From the NCBI GenBank assembly GCA_963718615.1, contig OY970368.1, positions 1,760,001 through 1,824,000 on the forward strand: a DNA stretch of 64,000 nucleotides, written 5' to 3'. Position numbers and translations under genes: made by a program. The notes under the pieces are model-generated. The model saw nothing but the letters and a program-made list of their open reading frames with translations. It made no database searches and had not been told where the DNA came from. The stretch comes from an uncultured cyanobacterium (GTDB lineage Bacteria > Cyanobacteriota > Cyanobacteriia > PCC-9006 > JAAUQQ01). Of this stretch, positions 11,310 through 22,650 are shown piece after piece (the stretch's first letter is position 1; every line of letters begins with the position of its first letter).

Positions 11310-11672
11310 TCATTCGATCGCTTGATTCATCGATATTGCTTGATTAAACCGTGTGAGAATCTCCCCATCCCCATAGACGCCTTCAATCTGTTGCTGACAA
11401 CAATCGATGGCAAAGTCATTTAAATCTGCGGGTTCAATGCCATAGAGATCTTCAAAAACATCCGCTTGTACTCGACAAAAACGAGGACGATTTTCATAAA
11501 TCGTGCATTTTCGAGTCTCGGCATGAAAATGAATACACCAGCCATCCTCACCCACCATACTGAGATAAAGCTGGAGATCCGCCGGGGATAGATATTGCTC
11601 CAACTCCGGTCGGTCTTCAGGGTGAAGATGACAGCAAGCTCCACAATTGCTGATGCAGCGCCAAGTTGCCAT
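11310..11672 (-). CDS. YkgJ family cysteine-cluster protein
   Basis: C..NCGACC...WC...CTIYENRP..CR. Confidence 0.9.
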   Translation of the reverse strand: MATWRCISNCGACCHLHPEDRPELEQYLSPADLQLYLSMVGEDGWCIHFHAETRKCTIYENRPRFCRVQADVFEDLYGIEPADLNDFAIDCCQQQIEGVYGDGEILTRFNQAISMNQAIE

Positions 11673-11801
11673 GGGAAAAATCTAGGTTTAACGGCAGATT
11701 AACAGGGGAGAGTCCATTATAGGTGAGTTATCTGATGTCTTTGGAGAAAGCCTTCGCTACACTAATTGAAGCTTTTTATCCTTATTTTCCCAAACACCGC
11801 T

Positions 11802-12767
11802 ATGGCTTCGATTGTCAGTTTAATCCGTGCTGAATCCTACGAACAGCGCCGTTTAGAACAATCCGTTAGCGATGTTTTGGCTCCGTTAGGGGGGATCCAG
11901 GCCTTTGTAAAACCCGGTCAACGGGTATTACTCAAGCCCAATCTGCTCACCGGTTCGCGCCCCGCCCGAGAATGTGTAACGCGCATTGAAGTCGTGGCGG
12001 CGATCGCCCGTCAAGTTCTCCATGCCGGAGGCAAACCTTTTTTAGGGGATAGTCCGGCTTTTGGGAGCGCCAAAGGCGTGGCCTTGGCCAATGGTTATGG
12101 CCCGCTGCTCGAAAAACTCAAGTTGCCAGTCATCGAATTTCATGGCAAACGCTACGGGACTCAATCCGAACAGTTTCAATCGCTGCGATTGTGCAAAGAG
12201 GCGATGGATGCGGATGTGGTCATTAACTTACCGAAAGTAAAGTCCCATGTGCAATTAACGATGACTTTAGGGGTCAAGAATTTGTTTGGTTGTGTACCGG
12301 GAAAAATGAAGGCTTGGTGGCATTTGGAGGCGGGTAAAGATCGCGATCGCTTTGGTGAAATGCTGGTGGAAACCGCTCGGGCGATCGCCCCAGATCTGAC
12401 CCTAATCGATGGCATCATCGCCCACGAAGGCCGAGGCCCAATGGATGGCGATCCCAAAAACCTAGGAATTTTGGGGGCTTCGCGGGATGTGTTTGCCTTA
12501 GACTGGGCCTTGCTGGATCTGCTCAACGTCGATCCACAGAAGGTTCCCACGGCGGATATTGCCCAGCGCTTAGGACTCTGTGGCCCTGACCATGAGATTG
12601 ACTACCCGTGCCTGAATCCCGATGCGTTGCGCATTGAAGATTGGCAACTGCCCAACAATTTAGTGCCCATCGACTTTGGTGCACCACGGGTGGTCAAGTC
12701 AACCTTTAAGCATCTCTATATTCGCTTTATCAAAGAGCCGCTCAAAGCCTATGCACGGGAATCATGA
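11802..12767 (+). CDS. DUF362 domain protein
   Basis: VKPGQRVLLKPNL, VINLPKVKSH, TLGVKNLFG, DGIIAHEG.GP. Confidence 0.88.
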   Translation: MASIVSLIRAESYEQRRLEQSVSDVLAPLGGIQAFVKPGQRVLLKPNLLTGSRPARECVTRIEVVAAIARQVLHAGGKPFLGDSPAFGSAKGVALANGYGPLLEKLKLPVIEFHGKRYGTQSEQFQSLRLCKEAMDADVVINLPKVKSHVQLTMTLGVKNLFGCVPGKMKAWWHLEAGKDRDRFGEMLVETARAIAPDLTLIDGIIAHEGRGPMDGDPKNLGILGASRDVFALDWALLDLLNVDPQKVPTADIAQRLGLCGPDHEIDYPCLNPDALRIEDWQLPNNLVPIDFGAPRVVKSTFKHLYIRFIKEPLKAYARES

Positions 12768-12785
12768 ATGACAATGTTCTGAATC

Positions 12786-13022
12786 ATGAAAAAACAGGTC
12801 AAGGTTAAACCCAATTCAAAACAAGCGAGCATTACCGAAGCCGAAGACGGGAGCTTGACCGTGCGATTGCTCTCGCCGCCCGTGGATGGCAAGGCTAACC
12901 AAGAACTGATTGAGCAACTGGCCAAGCATTTTGGGGTGGCCAAGCGAGAGGTTCGGATTTGTTCAGGGGCGGGATCACGGACCAAAATCGTCGAAATCAG
13001 GGTCGAGTCTGATCAGGGTTGA
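12786..13022 (+). CDS. DUF167/YggU family protein
   Basis: VKVKPNS...PPVDGKAN...V.I..G..SR.K. Confidence 0.9.
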   Translation: MKKQVKVKPNSKQASITEAEDGSLTVRLLSPPVDGKANQELIEQLAKHFGVAKREVRICSGAGSRTKIVEIRVESDQG

Positions 13023-13176
13023 GCCACTAAACAAAAAGTTTTGGCACAATCGCGCTGCTGAATTCCCCATCCACTGACAATATAGAATAGAGAGCCTACC
13101 TTCACCGATCTCGTGCCCTGGCTCGAATCATTCACCCCTCATTCGGACTCAGGATCCCTTAAAACCGCCTATCGCT

Positions 13177-14241
13177 ATGCGCAGAACCTCTGACCTCCAC
13201 GTCGTGGAGACTCGCCCCCTGATGACGCCCGCCAGCATCCACAGCGAGTATCCCATCACCGAAAAGGCCTCGACCCTTGTGGGAGAAACGCGCGATCGCA
13301 TCCGCAATATTCTTCGTAATGAAGATCATCGGCTGTTGGTCATTGTCGGCCCTTGCTCTATCCACGATGTTAAAGCCGCTCACGAGTATGGCCACAAGCT
13401 GTTGGCCTTGCGGGAAGAACTTCGGGATGAATTGGAAGTGGTCATGCGGGTCTATTTTGAAAAACCCCGAACCACGGTGGGTTGGAAAGGCCTGATTAAT
13501 GATCCCCACCTCGACAATAGTTACGACATCAACAGAGGTCTGCGTTTGGCCCGAGAGCTCTTGCTTGACTTGGCCGAAATTGGCATGCCAGCGGCAACGG
13601 AATTGCTTGATCCCATCATTCCCCAATACATTGCTGATTTGATCTCCTGGACTGCCATTGGCGCGCGCACCACTGAAAGCCAAACCCACCGAGAAATGGC
13701 GTCCGGTCTATCCATGCCCATTGGCTTCAAGAATGGGACCGACGGCAGCCTCCATGCCGCTGCCAATGCCATGCTGGCAGCGGCCCAGTCCCACCATTTT
13801 TTGGGAATCAATTTGCGCGGCACCGCCAGTGTGATTAAAACCACGGGGAATCCCGACGGTCATTTGGTGATGCGCGGTGGCAATTCTGGCCCCAACTTTG
13901 CCCAGGAATTTGTCGACCAAGCTGCCCGAGAACTGATGCGCTTGGAGCTAAATTCGCGGGTGATGGTGGACTGTAGCCACGGCAATTCCAATAAGGACTA
14001 TCGACGGCAAACTGAAGCGCTGCAAGCCGTTGCGGATCAGGTGGCGGAAGGATCTAGAAATATTCTGGGTGTGATGATCGAGAGCCATTTGGTGGCTGGC
14101 AGTCAGAAAATTGCGGCGGATCTCAATCAGCTCACCTATGGCCAAAGCGTGACGGACGCCTGCGTTTGCTTTGACGATACGGTGACGATGCTGCGCGATT
14201 TGGCCCGTGCAGTCAAGGCCGCAGGTCTCGCCCATCGGTAG
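13177..14241 (+). CDS. 3-deoxy-7-phosphoheptulonate (DAHP) synthase, class I-alpha
   Basis: GPCSIHD, RVYFEKPRTTVGWKGLINDP, IGARTTESQTHRE, DCSHGNS. Confidence 0.96.
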   Translation: MRRTSDLHVVETRPLMTPASIHSEYPITEKASTLVGETRDRIRNILRNEDHRLLVIVGPCSIHDVKAAHEYGHKLLALREELRDELEVVMRVYFEKPRTTVGWKGLINDPHLDNSYDINRGLRLARELLLDLAEIGMPAATELLDPIIPQYIADLISWTAIGARTTESQTHREMASGLSMPIGFKNGTDGSLHAAANAMLAAAQSHHFLGINLRGTASVIKTTGNPDGHLVMRGGNSGPNFAQEFVDQAARELMRLELNSRVMVDCSHGNSNKDYRRQTEALQAVADQVAEGSRNILGVMIESHLVAGSQKIAADLNQLTYGQSVTDACVCFDDTVTMLRDLARAVKAAGLAHR

Positions 14242-14297
14242 CATTTCCGACTCACAGAAAAGGGTGGGTTGGGGCTCACCCATTCCTGTAATTTTCC

Positions 14298-16388
14298 ATG
14301 ACTTCACCGTTTCAAACTTCACCGTTTCAAACTTCAACGTTGCTAAATGATCTCGATCGCGTCGCCCAGATTCGCGATCGCATGGCCTACCATTTGGAGG
14401 CGATCGCCCAGACCCTCACCCAGGCGGAACAGGAAGGTACAGCGGCATCGGGCTCTATGCAGCTTCAGCGAGACATCGAAGACCTTCGCAAGGCCAGCAC
14501 CAACCTCAAACAGGGGGTCTTTCGGCTGCTGGTTTTGGGGGATATGAAGCGGGGAAAAAGCACCTTTTTGAATGCCTTGCTGGGCGAAAACCTGTTACCT
14601 TCGGATGTCAATCCCTGTACCGCTTTGCTAACTATTTTGCGGTATGGAACTGAGAAGAAAGTCACGGTTTATTTTATCGATGATCAAGCACCGCTAGTCC
14701 TAGATTTTGCGGATTTCAAAACGCGCTATACCATTGACCCCGCCGAAGCGAAACTGCTGTCCCAGCGCCGTGAACCAGCCTTTGCGGAGGTGAGTCACGC
14801 CATTGTTGAATATCCGCTACCGCTGCTGGAGAAAGGCATTGAAATTGTCGATAGTCCCGGCCTCAATGACACAGAGGCTCGCAATGCTCTGTCTTTAGGT
14901 TTTATTGGCAACTGCCATGGAATTTTGTTCGTGATGCGGGCTTCACAACCTTGTACTCTGGCGGAGCGGCGCTATTTAGAAAACTATATTCAGAATCGCG
15001 GTTTATCTGTTTTCTTTTTAATTAACGCCTGGGATCAGGTTCAAGAAAGTTTGATTGATCCTGAGGATAGAGAAGAATTACAAGGGGCAGAGACTCGCTT
15101 GCGCCAGGTGTTCAAGTCCAACTTAGCAGCCTATTGCCAAGGGGAAGGCTACGATTTTTATGCTGAGCGTGTCTTTGAACTGTCCGCTTTACAGGCGTTG
15201 CGACGACGCATTCAGGATGCGGATGCGGATTTGGAGGGCACTGGCTTTCCTGCCTTTCTGGCGGCGCTCAATACCTTTTTGACCCAGGAACGGGCGATCG
15301 CCGAACTGAGGCAGGTACGCACCCTGGGACGACAGGTGGCGCATCGAGTCCAAACGGCGATCGCCCGACGCCTACCCCTCTTGCACCAAAGTGTTGCGGA
15401 ACTGAGTCAGCGCATTGCCGCCGTCCAACCGCAATTTAATCGGCTCTTGAAGATTCGCGATGAGGTTCGCCAGGAAATTCAGAACACGCGGGATGAACAA
15501 GCTCGGGCGATCGCCCACTCCTTTCAACACTATCTTCTCCATTTAGAACAGCGTTTTGAGCAGGATTTTTCCCGCTATCAACCTCCAGAGTTAGGGCTAC
15601 TCGATACCCTCAGCCCAGACAAGCAGGAGGCCTTTCGCCAAGCCCTAGAAAAGGCCTTTCAACAGTATCTCAAGGATCAGGTTTATGCCTGGGGGATCAC
15701 TGCCGAGCAGGATCTAAAGGAGACATTTGCTCAGCTCGGTCGCAAAGCGGAAGTTTACGGTTTGTCCTATCAGGAAATCACTGACCAGATTCATGCCACG
15801 CTCACCGGAGAGGATCTCAAGGCCCAGCCGCATTTTTCTGGGGATGAGGGTTCAATCCCCACTTGGGCGCAATGGGCCATGGGGCTGTTTTCCTGGGCGA
15901 CGGGAAATCCTACAGCGGTTGATGTAGCCACAGTTGGATTTGACCTCACCCGTTTGGGGGCCAACCTTTTAACGGCAGCGACCATTGGATGGGTGGTTTC
16001 GTCCATCTTTGGCGTGGTCTTGGGGCCGATTGCCTTTGCGCTTGTGGGTCTAGGATTGGGAGCACTTCAGGCCCAAGACGCCCGCGACAAAATTAATCAA
16101 ACTCTCAAAGCAGCCCTGATTCAACAGTTGCCCCAGGTGGCTGAGGACCAACGGCAAGCCATTGCAACAGCGGTCCGGGACTGTTTTGACCAATACGAAC
16201 GGGAGGTGATCAGTCGGATAGATGACGATATTCAAGCCCGTCAGACAGAGCTGGATCATCTATTGCAACAAAAGCAATCCCGAGAAATTGATCAGCAGCA
16301 AGAGCAGGCCCGTTTCAACCACCTGGAAGATCAAATCACTCTCGCCTGCGAGGGCATCGAAGTGGCCTACCAAGCGTTATTGGCCTGA
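14298..16388 (+). CDS. Bacterial dynamin-like GTPase (BDLP-type)
   Basis: P-loop GDMKRGKSTFLNAL, NPCT, DSPGLND; long helical stalk with hydrophobic paddle. Confidence 0.9.
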   Translation: MTSPFQTSPFQTSTLLNDLDRVAQIRDRMAYHLEAIAQTLTQAEQEGTAASGSMQLQRDIEDLRKASTNLKQGVFRLLVLGDMKRGKSTFLNALLGENLLPSDVNPCTALLTILRYGTEKKVTVYFIDDQAPLVLDFADFKTRYTIDPAEAKLLSQRREPAFAEVSHAIVEYPLPLLEKGIEIVDSPGLNDTEARNALSLGFIGNCHGILFVMRASQPCTLAERRYLENYIQNRGLSVFFLINAWDQVQESLIDPEDREELQGAETRLRQVFKSNLAAYCQGEGYDFYAERVFELSALQALRRRIQDADADLEGTGFPAFLAALNTFLTQERAIAELRQVRTLGRQVAHRVQTAIARRLPLLHQSVAELSQRIAAVQPQFNRLLKIRDEVRQEIQNTRDEQARAIAHSFQHYLLHLEQRFEQDFSRYQPPELGLLDTLSPDKQEAFRQALEKAFQQYLKDQVYAWGITAEQDLKETFAQLGRKAEVYGLSYQEITDQIHATLTGEDLKAQPHFSGDEGSIPTWAQWAMGLFSWATGNPTAVDVATVGFDLTRLGANLLTAATIGWVVSSIFGVVLGPIAFALVGLGLGALQAQDARDKINQTLKAALIQQLPQVAEDQRQAIATAVRDCFDQYEREVISRIDDDIQARQTELDHLLQQKQSREIDQQQEQARFNHLEDQITLACEGIEVAYQALLA

Positions 16389-17336
16389 GGGTTGCGTGGG
16401 AATGTCTATCCCAGCCCGAGGCGCATTCGCTTGCTGTTCAAATGCTTGTTGCTCAAATGCTTGTTGTTCAAACATTTTGAGCGCCGTACTCCAGACCCAA
16501 TAGCCCTGAACATTGAGATGTAGACCATCCGTCGTCAGATCCTGGCGAAGATAGCCTTGGCGATCGCGAAAAAGCTCATACAAATCCAAATACAAAACCG
16601 ATTCCTGCTGGGCGATCGCCGCCAACTGCCGATTCATTTGCTGAATTTGCTCGATGGGAATTTGCTGGAGCTTCGCCTTGCCTTCCCAAGTCGCTTTGGG
16701 ACCATCGTGGGGCAAAATCGACTGCACAATGATTTCGGTCTGGGGATGCTCTTGGCGCAAAATTTTGAGAATGGCTCGATAGTTGCTTAAAACCGTCTCG
16801 GGAGACTCGCCCCGAATCAAATCATTGATCCCAATCATCAAAAAAATTCTTTGGGGCTGGAGCGATCGCCACCCCGCCAAGCGCTTAAGCAAGCCCGTCG
16901 AAGTTTCCCCCGAAATGCCTTGATTTAACCAGAGTTGCTGATCCGGCAACAGGGGCTCTGGAAACCAAAGACTGAGGGAATCCCCCGCCAAAATGGCTAG
17001 GGGCTCCGTGGGCCTATGGGCCGCTACCGCATCTACTTCCTGCTGCAACAGCGCCACCCAGTCTTCATAATGCAATTGCTGCTGGGGGCCTAAACGCGGC
17101 GGGGCCGCCGTGGCGCTGCCGGGCATGGGGGAAGAGGCTTGCACCGCTTGCTGAGAAAACCCCAGGGGCTTGGGGTGCGATCGCTCAAAAATCGCCCAGC
17201 CGCCCAGGCCCAGGCCACTCAGCAGCATCAGAGACATCCACCGTCGTCGCCAGCGCTGACGACGCAGACTACGGCGGCGGCGACGGCGCTCGCTAGGGGA
17301 TTCAAGCACATGGGGGTAGCGATCGGAGGAAACCAA
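16377..17336 (-). CDS. SGNH/GDSL lipase-esterase with N-terminal membrane anchor
   Basis: GDSLS, NQGISGET, MIGIND, DGLHLN. Confidence 0.92.
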   Translation of the reverse strand: MVSSDRYPHVLESPSERRRRRRSLRRQRWRRRWMSLMLLSGLGLGGWAIFERSHPKPLGFSQQAVQASSPMPGSATAAPPRLGPQQQLHYEDWVALLQQEVDAVAAHRPTEPLAILAGDSLSLWFPEPLLPDQQLWLNQGISGETSTGLLKRLAGWRSLQPQRIFLMIGINDLIRGESPETVLSNYRAILKILRQEHPQTEIIVQSILPHDGPKATWEGKAKLQQIPIEQIQQMNRQLAAIAQQESVLYLDLYELFRDRQGYLRQDLTTDGLHLNVQGYWVWSTALKMFEQQAFEQQAFEQQANAPRAGIDIPTQPSGQ

Positions 17337-17519
17337 GGGAAGCTAGGTCCGTGGAATGAGCGACGTGTCCTGTAAAAATTGAATGGTGACTAGCTTAAAG
17401 CATTTTGTTGATTCTCCCGCATTGGAACAAAAAATTGCCCATGAAAAAGGTGCCTCTCCGTTGAAGCACCCTTTCCAGCTTGTATTGGTTTAGTCTCGAA
17501 CTAGTCTCGAAAGTTTGGA

Positions 17520-19016
17520 TTAACGGCTAGAGACCGTTGTTCCTCCTACGCTCACTTCCTTAGAGAAACCGCTGTAGGCTTCCATTCCGTGCTCGCTGAT
17601 ATCGAGACCAATGAGTTCTTCCTCTTCTGAAACTCGCATGCCGAGAACGGCACGAATCGCACCCCAGAAGATGACGCTCAGCAGAACTGTAAAACCACCC
17701 ACCGTCAGGATACCGACGATTTGAGCAAGCAACTGGGTAATGCCGTTGCCCGTCAGCAGACCGGTTTCCATGTCAAACAGGCCGACAGCCAAGGTCCCCC
17801 AAATGCCGTTGACAAGGTGGACTGAGGTTGCCCCCACCGGGTCATCAATCTTGATCGAATCAAAGAAGAAGACCGAGAAGACCACCAGCACTCCTGCAAT
17901 GATGCCAATAATGACCGCACTCAAGTAGCTGACGCCTGCACAACCTGCCGTCACTGCCACGAGGCCAGCAAGGATACCATTGATGACCATAGATAGGTCC
18001 GGCTTGCCTGATACGAGCCAAGAGGTCACGGTGGCAGCAACACCGCCCGCAGCCGCAGCCAGGTTGGTGGTTACAGCGATATAGGGAACGGCAAGGTCAG
18101 CGGCCAACTCAGAACCAGGGTTAAAGCCAAACCAGCCGATCCAGAGAATCAAGCAACCTAAGGTCGCAATCGACATATTGTGACCCGGCAGCGCACCTGC
18201 ACCCCCATCCGTCCGATACTTACCAATCCGAGGACCGAGGAAAGCCGCGCCCACGAGCGCTGCCCAGCCGCCGACGGAGTGGACCACCGTGGACCCGGCA
18301 AAGTCCTTAAAACCCGCGCCACCGAGAAACCCAATCTCAGAGAGCATGCCGCCGCCCCAAACCCAGTGGCCGGAGATGGGATAGGCGATCGCCGTCAGCA
18401 AAAGACTGAAAACGATAAAGTCAACAAATTTAATTCGTTCGGCAACCGCGCCAGAAACGATCGTCGCAGCGGTTCCGGCAAACGCGGCTTGAAAAAGAAA
18501 TGCCACGGGAATGGTCAAGCCCGAATCTGCCGATAAACCATAGGCTTCCGGTTCACCCGTGAGGAAAAAACCGCCGCCACCGATAAAGCCATTGCCCGAT
18601 GCACCAAACATCAGGGAATAACCAATGGCCCAAAACGCTAACGTTGCCAAAGCAAAAACGATGAGGTTTTTGGTCAAAACGTTAACGGCATTCTTTTGAC
18701 GGCAAAAGCCCGTCTCCAACATACCGAATCCCGCGTTCATGAAAATCACGAGAATCGACGCAATTAAAACCCAGACGTTGTCTAGGATGCGCTGAACATC
18801 CGCAACGGTTGCTTCTTCTTGAGCATGGGCCGCAAAACTAAAGCTTGCAACAATTAGCACTGCCAACGGAATGCAGGCAGCCCAGCTAAGGGGCAAGTTT
18901 GGCAAAAATGTACTTGCCTTCTTAAACAGGCGATTGGCATCTGGATAGGCTGCACCAGTCGTGCGTCCTTTCCCCTTTAGCCGTCTCTTTCGTACTGTCA
19001 ACTGAGACATTGTCAA
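17520..19016 (-). CDS. amt: Ammonium transporter
   Basis: [49 protein letters not shown]. Confidence 0.96.
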   Translation of the reverse strand: MTMSQLTVRKRRLKGKGRTTGAAYPDANRLFKKASTFLPNLPLSWAACIPLAVLIVASFSFAAHAQEEATVADVQRILDNVWVLIASILVIFMNAGFGMLETGFCRQKNAVNVLTKNLIVFALATLAFWAIGYSLMFGASGNGFIGGGGFFLTGEPEAYGLSADSGLTIPVAFLFQAAFAGTAATIVSGAVAERIKFVDFIVFSLLLTAIAYPISGHWVWGGGMLSEIGFLGGAGFKDFAGSTVVHSVGGWAALVGAAFLGPRIGKYRTDGGAGALPGHNMSIATLGCLILWIGWFGFNPGSELAADLAVPYIAVTTNLAAAAGGVAATVTSWLVSGKPDLSMVINGILAGLVAVTAGCAGVSYLSAVIIGIIAGVLVVFSVFFFDSIKIDDPVGATSVHLVNGIWGTLAVGLFDMETGLLTGNGITQLLAQIVGILTVGGFTVLLSVIFWGAIRAVLGMRVSEEEELIGLDISEHGMEAYSGFSKEVSVGGTTVSSR

Positions 19017-19277
19017 TTCAATTCCCTAACGGATTGTGTGGAATCATATCAGCCCATGCGCCTGAATCAGGGAGTGGTGGTGTAGGGCAACATAAAGCTC
19101 TATCAGTGATAAAACACTGCGAAATCCGTATATGACTCGCACCGCGTATCAATTGCTTCAAGGCTATTCCATACAGCAATTGCACAGTTTTGCTTTATCT
19201 AATCGCATTGAAAGCCTAGAACACTGAACCCATGATTCAAGGTTGTCTAGATTGCACCAATTTACCGGTCTTCATTC

Positions 19278-19293
19278 TGTATAGGGAAATACA
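19278..19293. promoter_or_regulatory. NtcA binding site upstream of amt
   Basis: TGTA-tagggaaa-TACA fits the GTA-N8-TAC consensus, about 260 bp upstream of amt. Confidence 0.75.
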
Positions 19294-19413
19294 TTCATTC
19301 GACGCAAAATAAACCTCGGCAGTCTCTGGAAATTCACGGACAGATTTTCTTTCGCCGCTTTTTTAAATGCTGGTCGTCTTGTTTATCCATGACTATCGCG
19401 GCGACCATTGCGG

Positions 19414-19941
19414 CTACGGCTGGGGCGATCGCGCTAAATAGGCTTGGTATCCTAACGCCTCTAGCTGGTTTTGCTTGGCTTGAACTTGGGCCTTGAGCTC
19501 AAGCCGATAGGACTGAACTTGTGCCAAAAGGGTTGGACGCTGACAGGCGAGAATTTGCACGGCGAGGAGTCCGGCATTCGTGGCATTGCCGATCGCTACG
19601 GTGGCTACCGGAATCCCGCGCGGCATTTGCACAATTGAATAGAGCGAATCCAAACCCTGAAGATGTCGGCTGGCCACCGGGACACCAATCACCGGCAGGG
19701 GCGTAATCGCTGCCACCATACCCGGTAGATGGGCTGCGCCTCCAGCTCCGGCAATAATCACCTGAATCCCGCGTTCATGGGCTGTTTGAGCGTAGTCCAC
19801 CATGCGCTCAGGGGTGCGATGGGCAGAGACAATCTCGACTTCGCAGGCAACCTGAAACTGCTCGCAGATGGCGATCGCCGCTGCCATGGTCGGCAAGTCC
19901 GAATCACTACCCATAATGATGCCGATTTCGGAAGAGGTCAT
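19414..19941 (-). CDS. purE: N5-CAIR mutase PurE
   Basis: [38 protein letters not shown]. Confidence 0.97.
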   Translation of the reverse strand: MTSSEIGIIMGSDSDLPTMAAAIAICEQFQVACEVEIVSAHRTPERMVDYAQTAHERGIQVIIAGAGGAAHLPGMVAAITPLPVIGVPVASRHLQGLDSLYSIVQMPRGIPVATVAIGNATNAGLLAVQILACQRPTLLAQVQSYRLELKAQVQAKQNQLEALGYQAYLARSPQP

Positions 19942-20360
19942 TGCGATCGATCCTTGTACATGAGCCTTTTACACGAGCGCTGAGGGGCTGATTTCAGCCG
20001 CAAGTTAGCGATCGCTAACTTTGTGCCCTATTGTGACACCGATCCCCGGTCCCTCCTGCAATCTACCGCAATCCATCTATCTAAAATAGAGGTAAGGGCG
20101 ATCGGGATCGATAGACCCCAGAGCGCTCTAGCAGACGTTGATCCCCAGACCCCTGCTTCCTAGAGGATCAACTTAAACCATCATCCTGAAGAGGCTTTGC
20201 CATCTGTTTATGAAGTTTGTCAAATTTTGAAAGGGACGTGATTTCAAGGCGACCAGAGTACTATCCTGGAGGGGAACCATTTGCTGATTGTCCCTGTGGA
20301 CTGACGTTCCGACCGAGTTTTAAGCCCTTAACGTTTCACGGCAATAGCTCTATTCAAACT

Positions 20361-21623
20361 ATGACTCCAGCCGTTCAGCCCAGTCTCCTCAAAGTTCAAC
20401 CCCTTGCGGAGACGTCGCGACGTACGATGCTGATCACCAATGTTCGTCTGCCAGGCTACAACGGCCTGAAGCGACTTTGGATCTCCCCAGAGGGAGAGGT
20501 TCAGGCGATTGAGGCGATGGATCAATCCTTTGAGCGGATCCCACCTGAAGACCTTGCGGTGGTGAATCTCGAAAAAGATTGGTTGTCCTTAGGCGGAATT
20601 GATTTACAGATTAACGGGGCTCAGGGGGTGGCCTTCCCTGAATTGTGCCTAGAGAATGCCGATCGCCTGCCTGAGATCTGTCAATTTCTCTGGGAACAGG
20701 GGATCGATGCCTTTTTGCCCACCCTGGTCACCTGTTCAATTGAGCAACTTCACCAGGCCCTTCAGGTCCTGCAGAACTATTGCAAGCGACCTTCTGAGGC
20801 GAATGCAGCCAAGATTTTGGGGGTTCATCTAGAAGGACCTTGTTTGAATCCGCAGAAGCGAGGAGCCCATCCAGAAGAGCATTTGCAACCCCTCACCCTA
20901 GAGACGATGGAGCAGGTCCTGGGTGACTACGGTGATCTGGTCAAAATGGTAACCCTGGCTCCGGAGCTGGATCCCAGTGGTGTGGTGATTCGGGCGTTGA
21001 TTCAACGGGGCATTATCGTGAGTTTGGGTCATTCCCAAGCGACAGCGGCGGAAGCGGTGCGTGCCTTCAATCAAGGGGCAACGTTGGTGACCCATGCCTT
21101 TAATGCCATGCCGGGATTGCACCATCGGGAGCCAGGGTTGCTAGGGGCGGCGCTGCTACAACCAGGAGTTCGTTGTGGGTTCATTGCCGATGGGCAGCAT
21201 ATTTCGCCGATGATGCTGCGGCTGTTGCTTCAGATGGGCCGCGACCATTTATTTTTAGTGAGCGATGCGCTGGCTCCCTTGGGTCTGCCAGATGGCACCT
21301 ATCCCTGGGATAGCCGGGAGATTCAGGTAGATCAGGGCACCGCTCGGTTAGCCGATGGCACGATTTCGGGCACGACGCTGCCGCTGTTGTCCGGGGTGTG
21401 TAATTTGGTCAAGTGGGATTTGTGTTCGGTGGAAGAGGCGATCGCCCTCGCCACCACCACCCCTAGACAAGCCTTAGGCTGGGAGCCGGGGGGCGAAGAC
21501 GACGAAATTCCCAGTAGTCTGCTGCGGGATCGGCTCTATCTAGGGCGCTCGATTCACCAGTTCTTGCGCTGGACGATAGACCCCAATTCCCATGAGTTGA
21601 CCTGGAAGCGGTTGGGTCGTTGA
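20361..21623 (+). CDS. nagA: N-acetylglucosamine-6-phosphate deacetylase
   Basis: GVHLEGP, KRGAH, TLAPE, LGHS, THAFNAM, IADGQH; start codon uncertain. Confidence 0.92.
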   Translation: MTPAVQPSLLKVQPLAETSRRTMLITNVRLPGYNGLKRLWISPEGEVQAIEAMDQSFERIPPEDLAVVNLEKDWLSLGGIDLQINGAQGVAFPELCLENADRLPEICQFLWEQGIDAFLPTLVTCSIEQLHQALQVLQNYCKRPSEANAAKILGVHLEGPCLNPQKRGAHPEEHLQPLTLETMEQVLGDYGDLVKMVTLAPELDPSGVVIRALIQRGIIVSLGHSQATAAEAVRAFNQGATLVTHAFNAMPGLHHREPGLLGAALLQPGVRCGFIADGQHISPMMLRLLLQMGRDHLFLVSDALAPLGLPDGTYPWDSREIQVDQGTARLADGTISGTTLPLLSGVCNLVKWDLCSVEEAIALATTTPRQALGWEPGGEDDEIPSSLLRDRLYLGRSIHQFLRWTIDPNSHELTWKRLGR

Positions 21624-21721
21624 CGATCGCCCCTTCCCGTCCATTCCTTCACCAATCGGCAATCCTCGGCTGTTGGTATCTGTACTAAGATTCTTAAAGC
21701 GATGCAATCGTCTTTATACCT

Positions 21722-22456
21722 ATGACAGCGACCAACAGCCAACCCTCTCTCCCCAATTCAACCGACGACAAAACCGTTGTTCGGGATTATTTCAATGCCA
21801 CTGGTTTCGATCGCTGGCGGCGGATTTATGGCACGACGGATGAAGTGAACAAGGTACAGATGGACATCCGGGTGGGTCATCAGCAAACCGTGGATACATT
21901 ATTGGGCTGGCTTGATGCCGATGGTAATGTCTCCGAACTGACGATTTGTGATGCAGGCTGCGGGGTAGGAAGTCTGAGCTTGCCCTTGCTAGAGCGGGGA
22001 GCCCAGGTTTTTGCCAGCGACATTTCAGAAAAAATGGTCATTGAGGCCAAGGAGCGGGCCGAGGCGCAGTTTGGTTCTCTAGACCGAGTGGAGTTTTCAG
22101 TGCAAGACCTAGAACACATTACAGGCCGGTATCACACGGTGGTCTGCCTTGATGTGCTGATTCACTATCCCACCGAGCAGGCCGCAGCCATGATTGGCCA
22201 TCTGGCAAGCCTTGCGGAGCAGCGTTTGGTGCTGAGCTTTGCGCCCAAGACCTGTTTGCTGACGATCCTGAAAAAAATTGGTGAGTTTTTCCCTGGCCCC
22301 AGCAAAACAACCCGTGCTTACCAGCATCGCGAAGCCGATATTGTGAAAATTTTGGAAAGCTGTGGGTTTGAAATCCAGCGCAAAGCCATGACGAGTACCC
22401 GCTTTTACTTCTCCCGAATGGTGGAAGCCGTGCGCCCCTCGACCTCAGGTGCCTAA
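21722..22456 (+). CDS. chlM: Mg-protoporphyrin IX methyltransferase
   Basis: YFN.TGFDRW.RIYG, DAGCGVG, CLDVLIHYP, FPGPSK.TRAY. Confidence 0.96.
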   Translation: MTATNSQPSLPNSTDDKTVVRDYFNATGFDRWRRIYGTTDEVNKVQMDIRVGHQQTVDTLLGWLDADGNVSELTICDAGCGVGSLSLPLLERGAQVFASDISEKMVIEAKERAEAQFGSLDRVEFSVQDLEHITGRYHTVVCLDVLIHYPTEQAAAMIGHLASLAEQRLVLSFAPKTCLLTILKKIGEFFPGPSKTTRAYQHREADIVKILESCGFEIQRKAMTSTRFYFSRMVEAVRPSTSGA

Positions 22457-22506
22457 GGTTAGGGTTGCCTAGAAAGCAGACACAAACCAAAAGTAGGAAC
22501 AAACTA

Positions 22507-22540
22507 AAAGTAGGGACGAACTGCGGTTCGTCCCTACTTT
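22507..22540. terminator. Bidirectional intrinsic terminator between convergent chlM and rnhA
   Basis: Perfect 15-bp stem aaagtagggacgaac / gttcgtccctacttt with a 4-nt loop. Confidence 0.8.
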
Positions 22541-22650
22541 CGTTGGTGAATGGATTTGAGTGAATTTAGCCCCCAGAAAGGGCCGGGTTGGATGGGGCGG
22601 ATGAGGCTTGCCGGTTTTGACGCAGGAGCAGGTGGAATAAAACGCGGGTT

